A stretch of DNA of 64,000 nucleotides from Oscillospiraceae bacterium (GTDB lineage: Bacteria > Bacillota > Clostridia > Oscillospirales > Oscillospiraceae), in contig JAFWAZ010000197.1 of the NCBI GenBank assembly GCA_017507425.1, positions 1,285-65,284 on the forward strand, in the 5' to 3' direction. This document shows positions 9,530 to 18,533 of this stretch, one piece after another. Below the pieces are notes generated by a model that saw nothing but the letters and a program-made list of their open reading frames with translations, was not told the origin of the DNA and did no database searches. The position numbers were made by a program, and so were the translations under genes. Position 1 is the first letter of the stretch, and every line of letters starts with the position of its first letter.

Positions 9530-9647
9530 GATATACCTCATTTCCGCGCCTGAAACGGAGGCGGTGTTGGTTAACAGATCAAAGTTCGGGGTAGATTGAA
9601 TCAGAATTGGTGATAACTCTTCAGGGGTTTTCAAAAACTCTGTGTAT

Positions 9648-9676
9648 ATACTACAGGGTTCGCCTACTTCTGTCAA
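9648..9676 (-). promoter_or_regulatory. sigmaA-type promoter for the PlsY-like gene
   Basis: Minus strand TTGACA-17 bp-TAGTAT. Confidence 0.6.
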
Positions 9677-9709
9677 GGGGTATTGATAAACCTGAAACAG
9701 AGTTTCTTG

Positions 9710-9738
9710 TTGACAAACATTCGGTGAGTCTGTATAAT
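9710..9738 (+). promoter_or_regulatory. Consensus sigmaA promoter
   Basis: TTGACA (9710-9715)-17 bp-TATAAT (9733-9738). Confidence 0.85.
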
Positions 9739-9744
9739 CAGATC

Positions 9745-10281
9745 ATGGAAAAAAAGATCAGAGACGCACTTTCCGGTTCCATGCGCGGATTTCGTCTCCC
9801 GCGCTACCACGAGATCCCCGATGTGGGTCTTTATCTGGAACAGGCAACCAAATATGTCAATCAATGCATCTCGGCTCTGGGCTTTGAGAATGTGACCGGT
9901 TCCATGATCCGAAACTATGTCAAACAGGGACTGATCGCAAATCCAATTCAAAAGCAGTATTCTGCTGACCAAATTGCCCACATGATTGCATTGGTGCTGC
10001 TGAAGCAGGTGACCAATCTGGAATATGTCAGCAACCTGTTTCAGATCCTCAAGACCCATGAGAAGTATACGCCGCAGGTTGCCTATGACTATTTCTGCGA
10101 GGAGCTGGAGAACAATCTGTACTTCCGGTTCGGGCTGAAGGACTCCTTCGAATATCTGGGCGGTACAAGCTCGCTGGAAAAGGAGATGCTCCGCAGTGCA
10201 GTAACTGCGGTATCCCATATCGTCTACCTGAACCGCGGCTTCCAGATTCTTTCCGAGCGGCAGAGCAATGGAACAGAATGA
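9745..10281 (+). CDS. DUF1836 domain-containing putative transcription regulator
   Basis: LPRYHEIPDVGLYLEQ...TGSMIRNYVKQGLI..P..KQYS..QIA signature. Confidence 0.85.
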   Translation: MEKKIRDALSGSMRGFRLPRYHEIPDVGLYLEQATKYVNQCISALGFENVTGSMIRNYVKQGLIANPIQKQYSADQIAHMIALVLLKQVTNLEYVSNLFQILKTHEKYTPQVAYDYFCEELENNLYFRFGLKDSFEYLGGTSSLEKEMLRSAVTAVSHIVYLNRGFQILSERQSNGTE

Positions 10282-10329
10282 AAAAACGCGTGATATCCGG
10301 CCCTTGAAGCCGGGATATCACGCGTTTTT
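10281..10329. terminator. Bidirectional rho-independent terminator
   Basis: AAAAAACGCGTGATATCCGGC / GCCGGGATATCACGCGTTTTT between convergent genes. Confidence 0.8.
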
Positions 10330-10341
10330 GTTTTTGGAGAA

Positions 10342-11100
10342 TCAGTTGTTCTTGAAGGTGAATTTTTCCTGAATGGTGCCGTGCTTCTTGGTGTACACAA
10401 ACCACTTGTAGATGCCGTAGAAGGTAACCACCAGCATGGCCACATCATCGATCAGCAGGCCGTATGCACCGGCGGAGATGTCCATGGCCAGATACAGGAT
10501 GGTGGTGATCACCCATGCATACCAGTGCTCGCTGTAGCGCAGCATCAGCAGAACGCCGTTGACCATACCCATGGCGGTGGCGAAGGCCTCCAGATAGGAG
10601 TCCTCGGAGCCGGGGATGTTGGTCATGATGGAGCCCATCACCAGACTGAAGACCACCACGAAAACCAGCAGCAGGGCGGAGGCCTTCCAGCTCAGGCGCT
10701 TGACCACGGTGACATTGTCGTCCTCACGGTCGATGTTCTTGCTCCAGCGGATGTAGCTGAGGATGTCAATGGGGATCCAGAAGAAGATGCAGCTGAGCAT
10801 CAGGGTGTACCAGCCCAGATACAGGGACAGAATGATGTAGGTGATCTCAATGAGGAAAATATCGATCAGGAAGTTGCCGCGGAACTGCTTGGCGTTCATC
10901 GTCTCGACCAGAGGGTTGGCAATGACGTTCAGGACGGAGCAGAGGATCAGCAGGGGGGAGGCGGTGCTTTCGAGCATCAGATCCGGGAAGAACACGGCCA
11001 TGCCGACGGCCAGCACCACCACGAAGGTCATGTAGATGGCCTCGACTTTGGTGAAGGACTTGAAAAACTTGATGAGGCTGGGGAATTTGTAGTTGGTCAT
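10342..11100 (-). CDS. pnuC: PnuC-family (nicotinamide riboside-type) transporter
   Basis: Multi-TM; W..........V.RLS loop, YLEAFATA, LMLRYSEHWYAWVITT, YGIYKW. Confidence 0.75.
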   Translation of the reverse strand: MTNYKFPSLIKFFKSFTKVEAIYMTFVVVLAVGMAVFFPDLMLESTASPLLILCSVLNVIANPLVETMNAKQFRGNFLIDIFLIEITYIILSLYLGWYTLMLSCIFFWIPIDILSYIRWSKNIDREDDNVTVVKRLSWKASALLLVFVVVFSLVMGSIMTNIPGSEDSYLEAFATAMGMVNGVLLMLRYSEHWYAWVITTILYLAMDISAGAYGLLIDDVAMLVVTFYGIYKWFVYTKKHGTIQEKFTFKNN

Positions 11101-11106
11101 TGTGGA

Positions 11107-11937
11107 TTATCCTTTCTTTTGAATGTATGCAGCCACTTTGGGGAATGCTCGAAGCGGATTGTTCCAATAAATGTCCTGAAACTGATCCTCAGTGAAGATT
11201 TTCCCGATGGTGTAGTCATACTTGCTGACTTCGAAGAGCAGGATGGGCGGGCAGAAGTCGGTGCCGTAGATCACCTGCCGATAGGAATCGGGATACTGAT
11301 GGATGGCGTGAGCGAATTTCTCGATGGTTCCCTCCTCGTCCGCCGCCACCTCAGTGCCGGGCTCAAAGGCGCCGCAGAAGTCGGTGAACATATTGGGGAG
11401 GCCGTGCATGGCCTGAATGCTCTCATCGTAGTAAGGGTCACCCATGTGGGCGACGATGAAGTTGACCTCCGGATATTTCCGGGCCACATTGGCGACATAC
11501 TTGACCTTGGAGCCCTCCATATCGTTCTCGTAGGGGAGATGGTAGGAGGGATAGCCGGTGTGGAACGTGACGGACAGGCCGTGTTCCATGGCGAAGTCGT
11601 AAATAGGCATCATCCGCTCGTCATCGGCACGGCCGGTCTGATAGGACAGGAAGATCTTGAGTCCCACCACGCGGCAGCCGGGACGGCTGCGCATCTTCGC
11701 TCCAATGGCATCCAGCTGTGCGGGAATGTCAGCGTGGATATCCACGGAGGGACAGAGGAACAGCTTTTCGTTTCCGTCACACAGCTCCCAGGAATGATCC
11801 GGCAGCTGCTCGGTGGTCATATAGGGGAGGAATTCCATCACAAGTGCGTAGTTATCCGCTGCGGGAGTGGACAGATATTGCCCGTAGATCGTCTGATTGA
11901 CGATATGGGTATGGCAGTCAATTTTTGGAATATTCAT
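11107..11937 (-). CDS. Amidohydrolase family protein (Amidohydro_2 type)
   Basis: IDCHTH, GLK, FHTG, AHMG, YGTDF, YWNNPLR metal-binding TIM-barrel motifs. Confidence 0.85.
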   Translation of the reverse strand: MNIPKIDCHTHIVNQTIYGQYLSTPAADNYALVMEFLPYMTTEQLPDHSWELCDGNEKLFLCPSVDIHADIPAQLDAIGAKMRSRPGCRVVGLKIFLSYQTGRADDERMMPIYDFAMEHGLSVTFHTGYPSYHLPYENDMEGSKVKYVANVARKYPEVNFIVAHMGDPYYDESIQAMHGLPNMFTDFCGAFEPGTEVAADEEGTIEKFAHAIHQYPDSYRQVIYGTDFCPPILLFEVSKYDYTIGKIFTEDQFQDIYWNNPLRAFPKVAAYIQKKG

Positions 11938-11953
11938 CGCGGTGTCTCCTGAT

Positions 11954-13237
11954 TTACAGCATCACCAGTCCTGCATTGACCATTTCCTGCAGGCTCATGA
12001 GGATGCCCAGCTTGGCGTGGTACCAGGTCAGGCCGCCCTGAAAATAGACTGCATAGGGAGGACGGATGGGGCCGTCGGCGGAGAGCTCCATGGTGCTGCC
12101 CTGCACGAAGGCACCGGCGGCCATGATGACCTGACTGTCGTAGCCGGGCATGTCGCCGGGGATGGGGGTGGCGAAGGAGTCCACGGGAGCGGCGGCCTGA
12201 ATGCCCTTGCAGAAGGCGACCATGCCCTTCTCGCTGCCCAGCTCCACGGCCTGAATGATGTCGTGGCGGCTCTCGTCGGCGCCGGGTACACACTTGAAGC
12301 CCAGCGGCTCATACAGATTGGCGGCGAAGATGGCGCCCTTCTCTGCGCTGGCGGTGACAGTGGGGGAGAGGAAGAAGCCCTGATACAGCTGGCCCATCAG
12401 GCCAAAGTTGGCGCCCACCTCCTGACCGAGGCCGGGAGCGGAAAGCCGGTAGGCACAGCGGTCGATGCAGGCTCTGGTGCCGGCGATGTAGCCGCCGGAG
12501 GAAGCCAGACCGCCGCCGGGGTTCTTGATGAGAGAGCCGACGATCATGTCGGCACCCACGTCGCTGGGCTCGACAGTCTCCACAAACTCGCCGTAGCAGT
12601 TGTCCACCATGACAATCACATCGGGCTTGATCTTCTTGCAGAAGGCGATCAGCTCGCCGATCTGGGATACGGAGAAGGTGGGACGGGTGGCATAGCCCTT
12701 GGAGCGCTGAATGGTGATCATCTTGGTCTTGGGATTGATGCCCTTGGCGATGTTCTCGTAGTCAAAGCTGCCGTCCGGCAGCAGATCCACCTGATTGTAG
12801 CTCACGCCATACTCAGCAAGGCTGCAGGGGCTGGGACGGATGCCGATGACCTCCTGCAGGGTGTCGTAGGGCAGTCCCACGGGGGAGAGGAGCTCGTCGC
12901 CGGGGAGCAGGTTGGCGCTGAGGGCGATGGTCAGGGCATGGGTGCCGCAGGTGATGTGGGGACGGACAAGGGCGGCCTCCGTGTGGAACACGTCGGCGTA
13001 GACCTGCTCGAGCTTGTCGCGGCCCTCGTCGTTGTAGCCGTAGCCGGTGGAAGCGGCAAAGCAGGTGGCGGACACCCGGTTTTTCCGGAATGCGGCAAGC
13101 ACCTTGGCCTGATTGTATTCGGCGATCTTGTCGATGGCCTCAAAACGCTCCCGCAGACGCTCGACGGCGGCTTCGCCATAGGCGTAGACCGCGGGAGAAA
13201 TACCCATATGGGCATACATTTCGGTGATTTCTTTCAT
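11954..13237 (-). CDS. Methionine gamma-lyase-like PLP enzyme (YnbB / aluminium resistance family)
   Basis: STGYGYNDEGRD, GTHAL, QRSKGY, VDNCYGEFVE, GSLIKNPGGG, MAAGAFVQGSTMELSADGP. Confidence 0.92.
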   Translation of the reverse strand: MKEITEMYAHMGISPAVYAYGEAAVERLRERFEAIDKIAEYNQAKVLAAFRKNRVSATCFAASTGYGYNDEGRDKLEQVYADVFHTEAALVRPHITCGTHALTIALSANLLPGDELLSPVGLPYDTLQEVIGIRPSPCSLAEYGVSYNQVDLLPDGSFDYENIAKGINPKTKMITIQRSKGYATRPTFSVSQIGELIAFCKKIKPDVIVMVDNCYGEFVETVEPSDVGADMIVGSLIKNPGGGLASSGGYIAGTRACIDRCAYRLSAPGLGQEVGANFGLMGQLYQGFFLSPTVTASAEKGAIFAANLYEPLGFKCVPGADESRHDIIQAVELGSEKGMVAFCKGIQAAAPVDSFATPIPGDMPGYDSQVIMAAGAFVQGSTMELSADGPIRPPYAVYFQGGLTWYHAKLGILMSLQEMVNAGLVML

Positions 13238-13239
13238 AT

Positions 13240-13479
13240 TCAGTCCTCTTTTTCTACAGATTGGAAGATTTGGGCGGCGAGATCGTTCAGGGTGTCGGGC
13301 TTGGTGACGATCAGACCGGTTTCGTTCTTTCCCAGAATCAGCAGGGTATCTCCGGGCTCAATGCCGAAAAATTCCCGGGCCTCCTTGGGGATCACGATCT
13401 GTCCCCGGTCACCGACCTTGGCGGTGCCGAAAACCCGCTGCTGTTTCTTTTTGCCGAGGATGTGTTTGCCTCCGGGCAT
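13240..13479 (-). CDS. AbrB/MazE/SpoVT-family DNA-binding protein
   Basis: GTAKVGDRGQIVIPKEAREFFGIEPGDTLLI. Confidence 0.9.
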   Translation of the reverse strand: MPGGKHILGKKKQQRVFGTAKVGDRGQIVIPKEAREFFGIEPGDTLLILGKNETGLIVTKPDTLNDLAAQIFQSVEKED

Positions 13480-13522
13480 GCAATCCCTTCTTTCATACTT
13501 TTCATACTTTTCACACCCGCAT

Positions 13523-13551
13523 ACAATAGCAAAATCCGCCCCGATTGTCAA
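13523..13551 (-). promoter_or_regulatory. sigmaA-type promoter (extended -10) of the AbrB-YnbB operon
   Basis: Minus strand TTGACA-17 bp-TATTGT with TGn. Confidence 0.65.
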
Positions 13552-13691
13552 GGCGGAAATGCGCATTTCGGCGGTTTATGGCTTTTGCTGCGGAATCGGG
13601 CGGGGGAATCGTGCAGATTGACAATTTTAAGAATTCTTAAGATGCAATCCAACGATCGGTATGCTATGATAAAGCCAGAAAAGGAGGGATC

Positions 13692-15008
13692 GTGATGACG
13701 CTTTTCATTATCGCGCTGTGTATTCTTCTGGCGCTGACCCCCATGGTACACGCCAACTCCGGCCCCACCGCATATGAGGGCACCACCGCTGCCGGCGTCC
13801 ATGTGGAGTTCGAGGACTGCCCCATCGAGGTGGTGCACGAAAACCTGACCTTTGACGTTCCTGAATTTCCCCGGGAATATTACGAGGATGAAAGCGCCTT
13901 TACGGATTATCAGGCCCGGGTGACTGCGGAATACACCCTTCGCAATCCCACCGACGCCGATGTGACCGTGGAGCTTCTGTTTCCCTTCGGCATTGCACCC
14001 TGGTACGCGCCCGCTGGGCGGATTCTGCCGGAATACTGCGGCATTACGGTGGATGGCGGGGAAATCGACTTGCAGCTGCGGCACAGTCTGGTGTGGGGCT
14101 CAGAGTTTGACATGGAGGAGGACTCCGCCCGGCTCCATGACGGCTTCATGGAGCACGGGTTTTACCGTCCCGACATGAGCGTGACCGTCTACACCTACCG
14201 GCCCAGAGATGTTGCGGTGCAGGATTGGATCGAAGCCCGGGTGCGGCTGGATTCCGACCCCGCACGGACGAAGTACATTCTGGATCCGGCCAATTCCCTG
14301 CGGACGGAAAGCGACCACGTGGTGGTTGGCAGCTCCGTCAGCGCGCGGGATGCAGTGACGCTGTATGTCATCGGCGAGGCGCCCGGCGGGGAGCTTGGTT
14401 GGGAGCTTTACTCAAATAACGAGCCCATCGAGGGCATTCTGGAGTGCGTGGATGCCCGACAGACCACACTGAAGGAGATTCTGCTGTCCGATTGTCCGGA
14501 GGGTTCTGAGGTATCTGATGCGGACTGGTACAACGCGATGGTGCAGATGATGGAGCAGAGCGAATGCGCTTACGGTTACATCGACATGAATCACCACATC
14601 GGGCTTATGAGCTGGTATGAATACGAGCTGACCATCCCCGCCGGCGGCACCGTGGTCAATACCGTCAAAGCGCCCATTTACCCGGATATCAATACCGGAT
14701 GGGAGCCGCCAGTGTACAGCTATGAATACCTTCTGTCCCCGGCCAAGGGCTGGGCGGATTTCGGCACACTGGATATCACCGTCAGGACGCCCTACCATAT
14801 GACCCAGTGCAATCTGGACGGTTTCGAGGAAACCGGGGAGGGATACGCGTTCCATCTGGAGGGCCTGCCTGACAGGGAGCTGGTCTTCGTTCTCAGCGCG
14901 GAGAAGAATCCCGACAAGCCCGGCAGCCATAACGCGGGGATTTACTGGCTTTTCGCAGGAGTGGTGGCGCTGATCGCGGTGGGCATTGAACTGCGGAAGC
15001 GGAAATAA
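13692..15008 (+). CDS. Secreted, C-terminally membrane-anchored hypothetical protein
   Basis: Signal peptide ending VHA/N; acidic, beta-rich body; C-terminal TM helix with RKRK tail. Confidence 0.75.
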   Translation: MMTLFIIALCILLALTPMVHANSGPTAYEGTTAAGVHVEFEDCPIEVVHENLTFDVPEFPREYYEDESAFTDYQARVTAEYTLRNPTDADVTVELLFPFGIAPWYAPAGRILPEYCGITVDGGEIDLQLRHSLVWGSEFDMEEDSARLHDGFMEHGFYRPDMSVTVYTYRPRDVAVQDWIEARVRLDSDPARTKYILDPANSLRTESDHVVVGSSVSARDAVTLYVIGEAPGGELGWELYSNNEPIEGILECVDARQTTLKEILLSDCPEGSEVSDADWYNAMVQMMEQSECAYGYIDMNHHIGLMSWYEYELTIPAGGTVVNTVKAPIYPDINTGWEPPVYSYEYLLSPAKGWADFGTLDITVRTPYHMTQCNLDGFEETGEGYAFHLEGLPDRELVFVLSAEKNPDKPGSHNAGIYWLFAGVVALIAVGIELRKRK

Positions 15009-15018
15009 GTTGAAATGC

Positions 15019-15049
15019 AAAAAACGACTTGCGAAAGCAAGTCGTTTTT
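15019..15049. terminator. Bidirectional rho-independent terminator
   Basis: AAAAAACGACTTGC-GAAA-GCAAGTCGTTTTT. Confidence 0.85.
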
Positions 15050-15053
15050 CTAT

Positions 15054-16067
15054 TCAAATCATACTCTGCCGCAGACGGATCTTATAGCCGAGCAGAGGCT
15101 TGGAATCGTATTCCTCGTCGTTGAGAGCCTGAATGAATTCCCGGCAGGCGGCTCGTGCCAGTTCGGCTGCGTCGAAGTACAGGGCGCTGACCGGAGGAAC
15201 GGCGGTCTTGAGCTGGTCAGTATCGGCGAAGGAGGCAACCTGAGCATCGCCGGGGATGGACAGACCGTTGCCTTTCAGAACGGTCATGGTGCGGGTGCAG
15301 ACGTCTTCGTCCATGCACAGGAACCGGCGGACACCGAGGGCCAGCAGCTCCTCCACAGTCTCCCGGCAGCTTTCCAGATCGTTTATGCCCATGCGGATGG
15401 GGGTCTGCTCCATCGGAATCTCCAGCTCCTGACAGGCCTTGCGGAAACCGGAGAGTCTGGACTGGTTGACGATGTAGTTCAGGTCGTTGCCAAGCACAGC
15501 GGTCTGGGCACGGGAACCGGCGAGAACCGCCTTGGAAAATGCATAGCAGCCGCCCAGTTGATCGTGGTCAGCCTCGACAATGGCCTTGCCGGCGTACTTG
15601 GCGGGCAGAGAGCCGAGGGTGGCGAAGGGAATGTCCCGTCGGATGAGCAGCTCGGCAATGGGGTCGTCCTCCACGGTACGGGTCAAAATGACGCCGTCCA
15701 CCTTGCGGTAATCCAGTGTCCGCACCAGCGCGCTGGAATCGTCGCCCACGGACAGGCAGATCATAACGTTGTAGCCCAGCAGAAATGCTTCGTCGCAGAT
15801 GGCACTCATGGTCTGGCGCACGAACGGGATATCCAGCTTGACAAAATCCCGGGGCAGTACCAGAGCCAGATTATAGGTACGGCTCTCAGCGAGGGATTTC
15901 GCGGAAGCGTTGGGCTTGTAGTTATGCTTCTCGATGCATGCCTGAACCCGCTCCCGGGTGGCAGCGGAGATACGGCCCTTGCCGGAAATGGCGCGGGAGA
16001 CGGTGGTTTTGGACACACCCAGCTCCCGGGCAATGTCATCGATGGTAAGACTCGGTTTGATGGTCAT
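15054..16067 (-). CDS. LacI-family transcriptional regulator
   Basis: TIDDIARELGVSKTTVSRAISG HTH, YKPNASAKSL hinge, sugar-binding domain. Confidence 0.93.
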   Translation of the reverse strand: MTIKPSLTIDDIARELGVSKTTVSRAISGKGRISAATRERVQACIEKHNYKPNASAKSLAESRTYNLALVLPRDFVKLDIPFVRQTMSAICDEAFLLGYNVMICLSVGDDSSALVRTLDYRKVDGVILTRTVEDDPIAELLIRRDIPFATLGSLPAKYAGKAIVEADHDQLGGCYAFSKAVLAGSRAQTAVLGNDLNYIVNQSRLSGFRKACQELEIPMEQTPIRMGINDLESCRETVEELLALGVRRFLCMDEDVCTRTMTVLKGNGLSIPGDAQVASFADTDQLKTAVPPVSALYFDAAELARAACREFIQALNDEEYDSKPLLGYKIRLRQSMI

Positions 16068-16236
16068 ATATGTTGAAACCCCTCAGTTGTTGACGATTTG
16101 TGTAAGAAAAATTGGAAAACCTGTGCGCAAATGCGCAACGATATTCTAACAGACGGACACAGGGGTGTCAATCGAAGGGATAGCCCAAAAACACAGTCAA
16201 TTTGACCAAAAACGATTATTTTGGTAAGAAAACTGA

Positions 16237-16280
16237 TGGAAACGATTCCAAAACTGTGGTTTTCTTTGGAATCGTTTCCA
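16237..16280. promoter_or_regulatory. Pair of LacI-type operator pseudo-palindromes
   Basis: TGGAAACGATTCCA (16237-16250) and its reverse complement TGGAATCGTTTCCA (16267-16280), central CG, upstream of lacI. Confidence 0.6.
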
Positions 16281-16390
16281 ACGATGGGGAGCGTATCGGT
16301 GCGCAACCCGGTACAAACTGTGCGTCGCAGGTGGATGGAGGACAGGTAGTGCGAAAATTGGATTTGTCAACATGGCAGTTCTCTTTGGGA

Positions 16391-16472
16391 CTTGCAACAC
16401 CGCCCCCTTCGTGATAAAATCGTTTCAGAGATATTGGGGGAGATATCCATGGGCAGAGCAGATGAGATCTGA
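16391..16472 (+). pseudogene. Degenerate duplicate of the thyA promoter, RBS and first codons (MGRADEI*)
   Basis: Aligns nearly colinearly with 18475-18555 (CTTGCA...TGATA.AATCGTTTCAG...GGAGATA..ATG.GCAGAGCAGATGA). Confidence 0.75.
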
Positions 16473-16546
16473 TTGAAGAACTGCAGTGCTTTGCCTGTGA
16501 AATCCCCATTGCGATTTTGCGTATATTGTCGGAAGATTCAGGGGGA

Positions 16547-18325
16547 ATGGGAATGAATGGAGCCGCAGCTTTCAGGCACAGGCGCTTGTTTACAACAATG
16601 GTCATGGTGACGAACTGTGTGCTTGTGTTGCTATTGGCATTTTTCGCGTTGATTAATGTGCATAGCAGCGATGATTATTGGTACTCGACATTCTGGGATC
16701 ACGGTCTGGGACACTATCTGGAGCTGATGGATTACCATTATGCGGCATTTAACGGACGCGTTTTGGTTCATATTGTGGCGCATATTATTTTGCATTTTGA
16801 CAACTGGGCCTTCGCGCTCTGCTTTATCGGTATGTGTGTGGCGGTTTCTATGACCGTATCGAATACTGTCTGTCTGGGCTCGGATCGTTTCCAGCTGACG
16901 CTGTGCGGTCTGCTGGTTGGGATCTTCTGTATGCCCCTTGATATGTTCAATGAGGGAATCATGTGGATCTCAGGCTGGTGCAATTACTTTTTTCCGGTAG
17001 TGTTGGTCTGTCTGCTGATCGCTGCACTGGAGCGGAGTTCCAATTGGTCATATCTGCTGGCGTTCCTTTGCGGTGCAACCACGGAGCAGATGGGATTGGC
17101 CTCCGCAGTGCTGTGCACCGTATTTATTGCTTTTGCGCTGCTTCGCAAAAAGGACGTCCTTCGGTGTATCGGCTGTACAGTACTGGCCATGACGGGCGTG
17201 CTGACGATCTTTTTGTCACCGGCTACCCAGAACAGAGCGGAGGGATGCATGCCGCTCAATAATCTGGAGGCACTTATGGATCTGATGCGTGTGGATCTGG
17301 GACTGGAAGCAAGGTTTTGGTTCCGGAATCTGGCCCCAGCCTGTGTCATGATCGCGGTGCTGGTTCTGGGTGCGATGCTCCTCCGGCACAGATATGGACT
17401 GCGATGGCCCTGTGTGATGGCGGCAGTTTCCTGCGTGGCTCTTGTTGTGTGCAGCTACTTTGCGTCGGCACATATGGTCGGCTTCATAGTTGGGGCCGGA
17501 GCTCTGGCGATTCTGGCTGTGGTGCTGATGCATCGGAACTGTTCCTTTGCAGGAGGATTGATTATAACGTCACTTGCATCGGCCGCGGTGATGCTGCCTA
17601 CCAGTACCATTGTACCCCGTTCGATGGTTCCTGTTTACCTGCTTCTGCTGCTGAGCGGCTGCAGTCTGCTGGCTGCTCAGATCAAAAAACCGGAGCGGAT
17701 GGGGATACCGGTTTTGGCATTGTTGGTGGTTACACTGGTGTATATTGCGCCGACTGTGCAGGGATACTGGTATAACTATCAGATCGATCAGATAAATCAG
17801 AATTACGCCATTGAGGATGCTGACAAGGCATATGTGCGTTATTGCACAGATTACGATATGCGATATACCATGATCAAAGCGGATCGTAGTGAAATCTTCA
17901 AGAAGACGTATGCAGAATCCATTGGCCGTGATGAGAATGTTCCAATACGATTCTACGGTTTGAATGAAATACCGCCAACGATTCGTTATGAAGATCGGGA
18001 GCTTGCGCTTCTGGCAGTCCATCGGGATGATGGAACGGTTCTGCTGCCCCTGCGAGAGGTTATTGAGATCGTGGGCGGCAAAGTAGAATGGAGCGTGGAA
18101 CGATTCACAGTCGAGATGGATTCTGTCGTATATCAGCTGGATACGAAAATAGCGGATACGGTCGTTTTGAAATGGAAGGATCAATCCGGAAATGAACAGG
18201 AATTCTGCGGCTTCAGGGAAATGGTTTACGGTTCATACTATTTTGATATGTCCGTTTTTACAGAAGTCTTTGGACTTGCGGTGGAATGGGATCCGGATCA
18301 GGGATCCTATATCATCGGCAGATGA
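16547..18325 (+). CDS. DUF6056-like multi-pass membrane protein (GT-C-like) with C-terminal copper-amine-oxidase-N-like domain
   Basis: SDDYWY...HY..FNGRV, WISGWCNYFFP, FLCGATTEQ, LSP motifs; C-terminal DGTVLLPLREVIEIVGGKVEW; lower GC than flanks. Confidence 0.6.
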   Translation: MGMNGAAAFRHRRLFTTMVMVTNCVLVLLLAFFALINVHSSDDYWYSTFWDHGLGHYLELMDYHYAAFNGRVLVHIVAHIILHFDNWAFALCFIGMCVAVSMTVSNTVCLGSDRFQLTLCGLLVGIFCMPLDMFNEGIMWISGWCNYFFPVVLVCLLIAALERSSNWSYLLAFLCGATTEQMGLASAVLCTVFIAFALLRKKDVLRCIGCTVLAMTGVLTIFLSPATQNRAEGCMPLNNLEALMDLMRVDLGLEARFWFRNLAPACVMIAVLVLGAMLLRHRYGLRWPCVMAAVSCVALVVCSYFASAHMVGFIVGAGALAILAVVLMHRNCSFAGGLIITSLASAAVMLPTSTIVPRSMVPVYLLLLLSGCSLLAAQIKKPERMGIPVLALLVVTLVYIAPTVQGYWYNYQIDQINQNYAIEDADKAYVRYCTDYDMRYTMIKADRSEIFKKTYAESIGRDENVPIRFYGLNEIPPTIRYEDRELALLAVHRDDGTVLLPLREVIEIVGGKVEWSVERFTVEMDSVVYQLDTKIADTVVLKWKDQSGNEQEFCGFREMVYGSYYFDMSVFTEVFGLAVEWDPDQGSYIIGR

Positions 18326-18533
18326 TGTGTACAGGCAGCGGGTCTGAATGAGTCCAGTATGAACAGACCGAAGAACATAGATGAAACGCCGGGAAACAGC
18401 GATGACCGTACTGTTTCCCGGCGTAAGTTTTTGGGAGGATATGAAGCATTACCGCGCTGCAGCTTTCTTTTGTGCTTGCACTGTCGGATTCTTCATGATA
18501 CAATCGTTTCAGCTAGAAAAGGAGGAGATACCA

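Noticed and set aside
16300-16540. Riboswitch or ncRNA upstream of the membrane protein
   Set aside because: No recognisable aptamer; better explained as the duplicated thyA 5' region.
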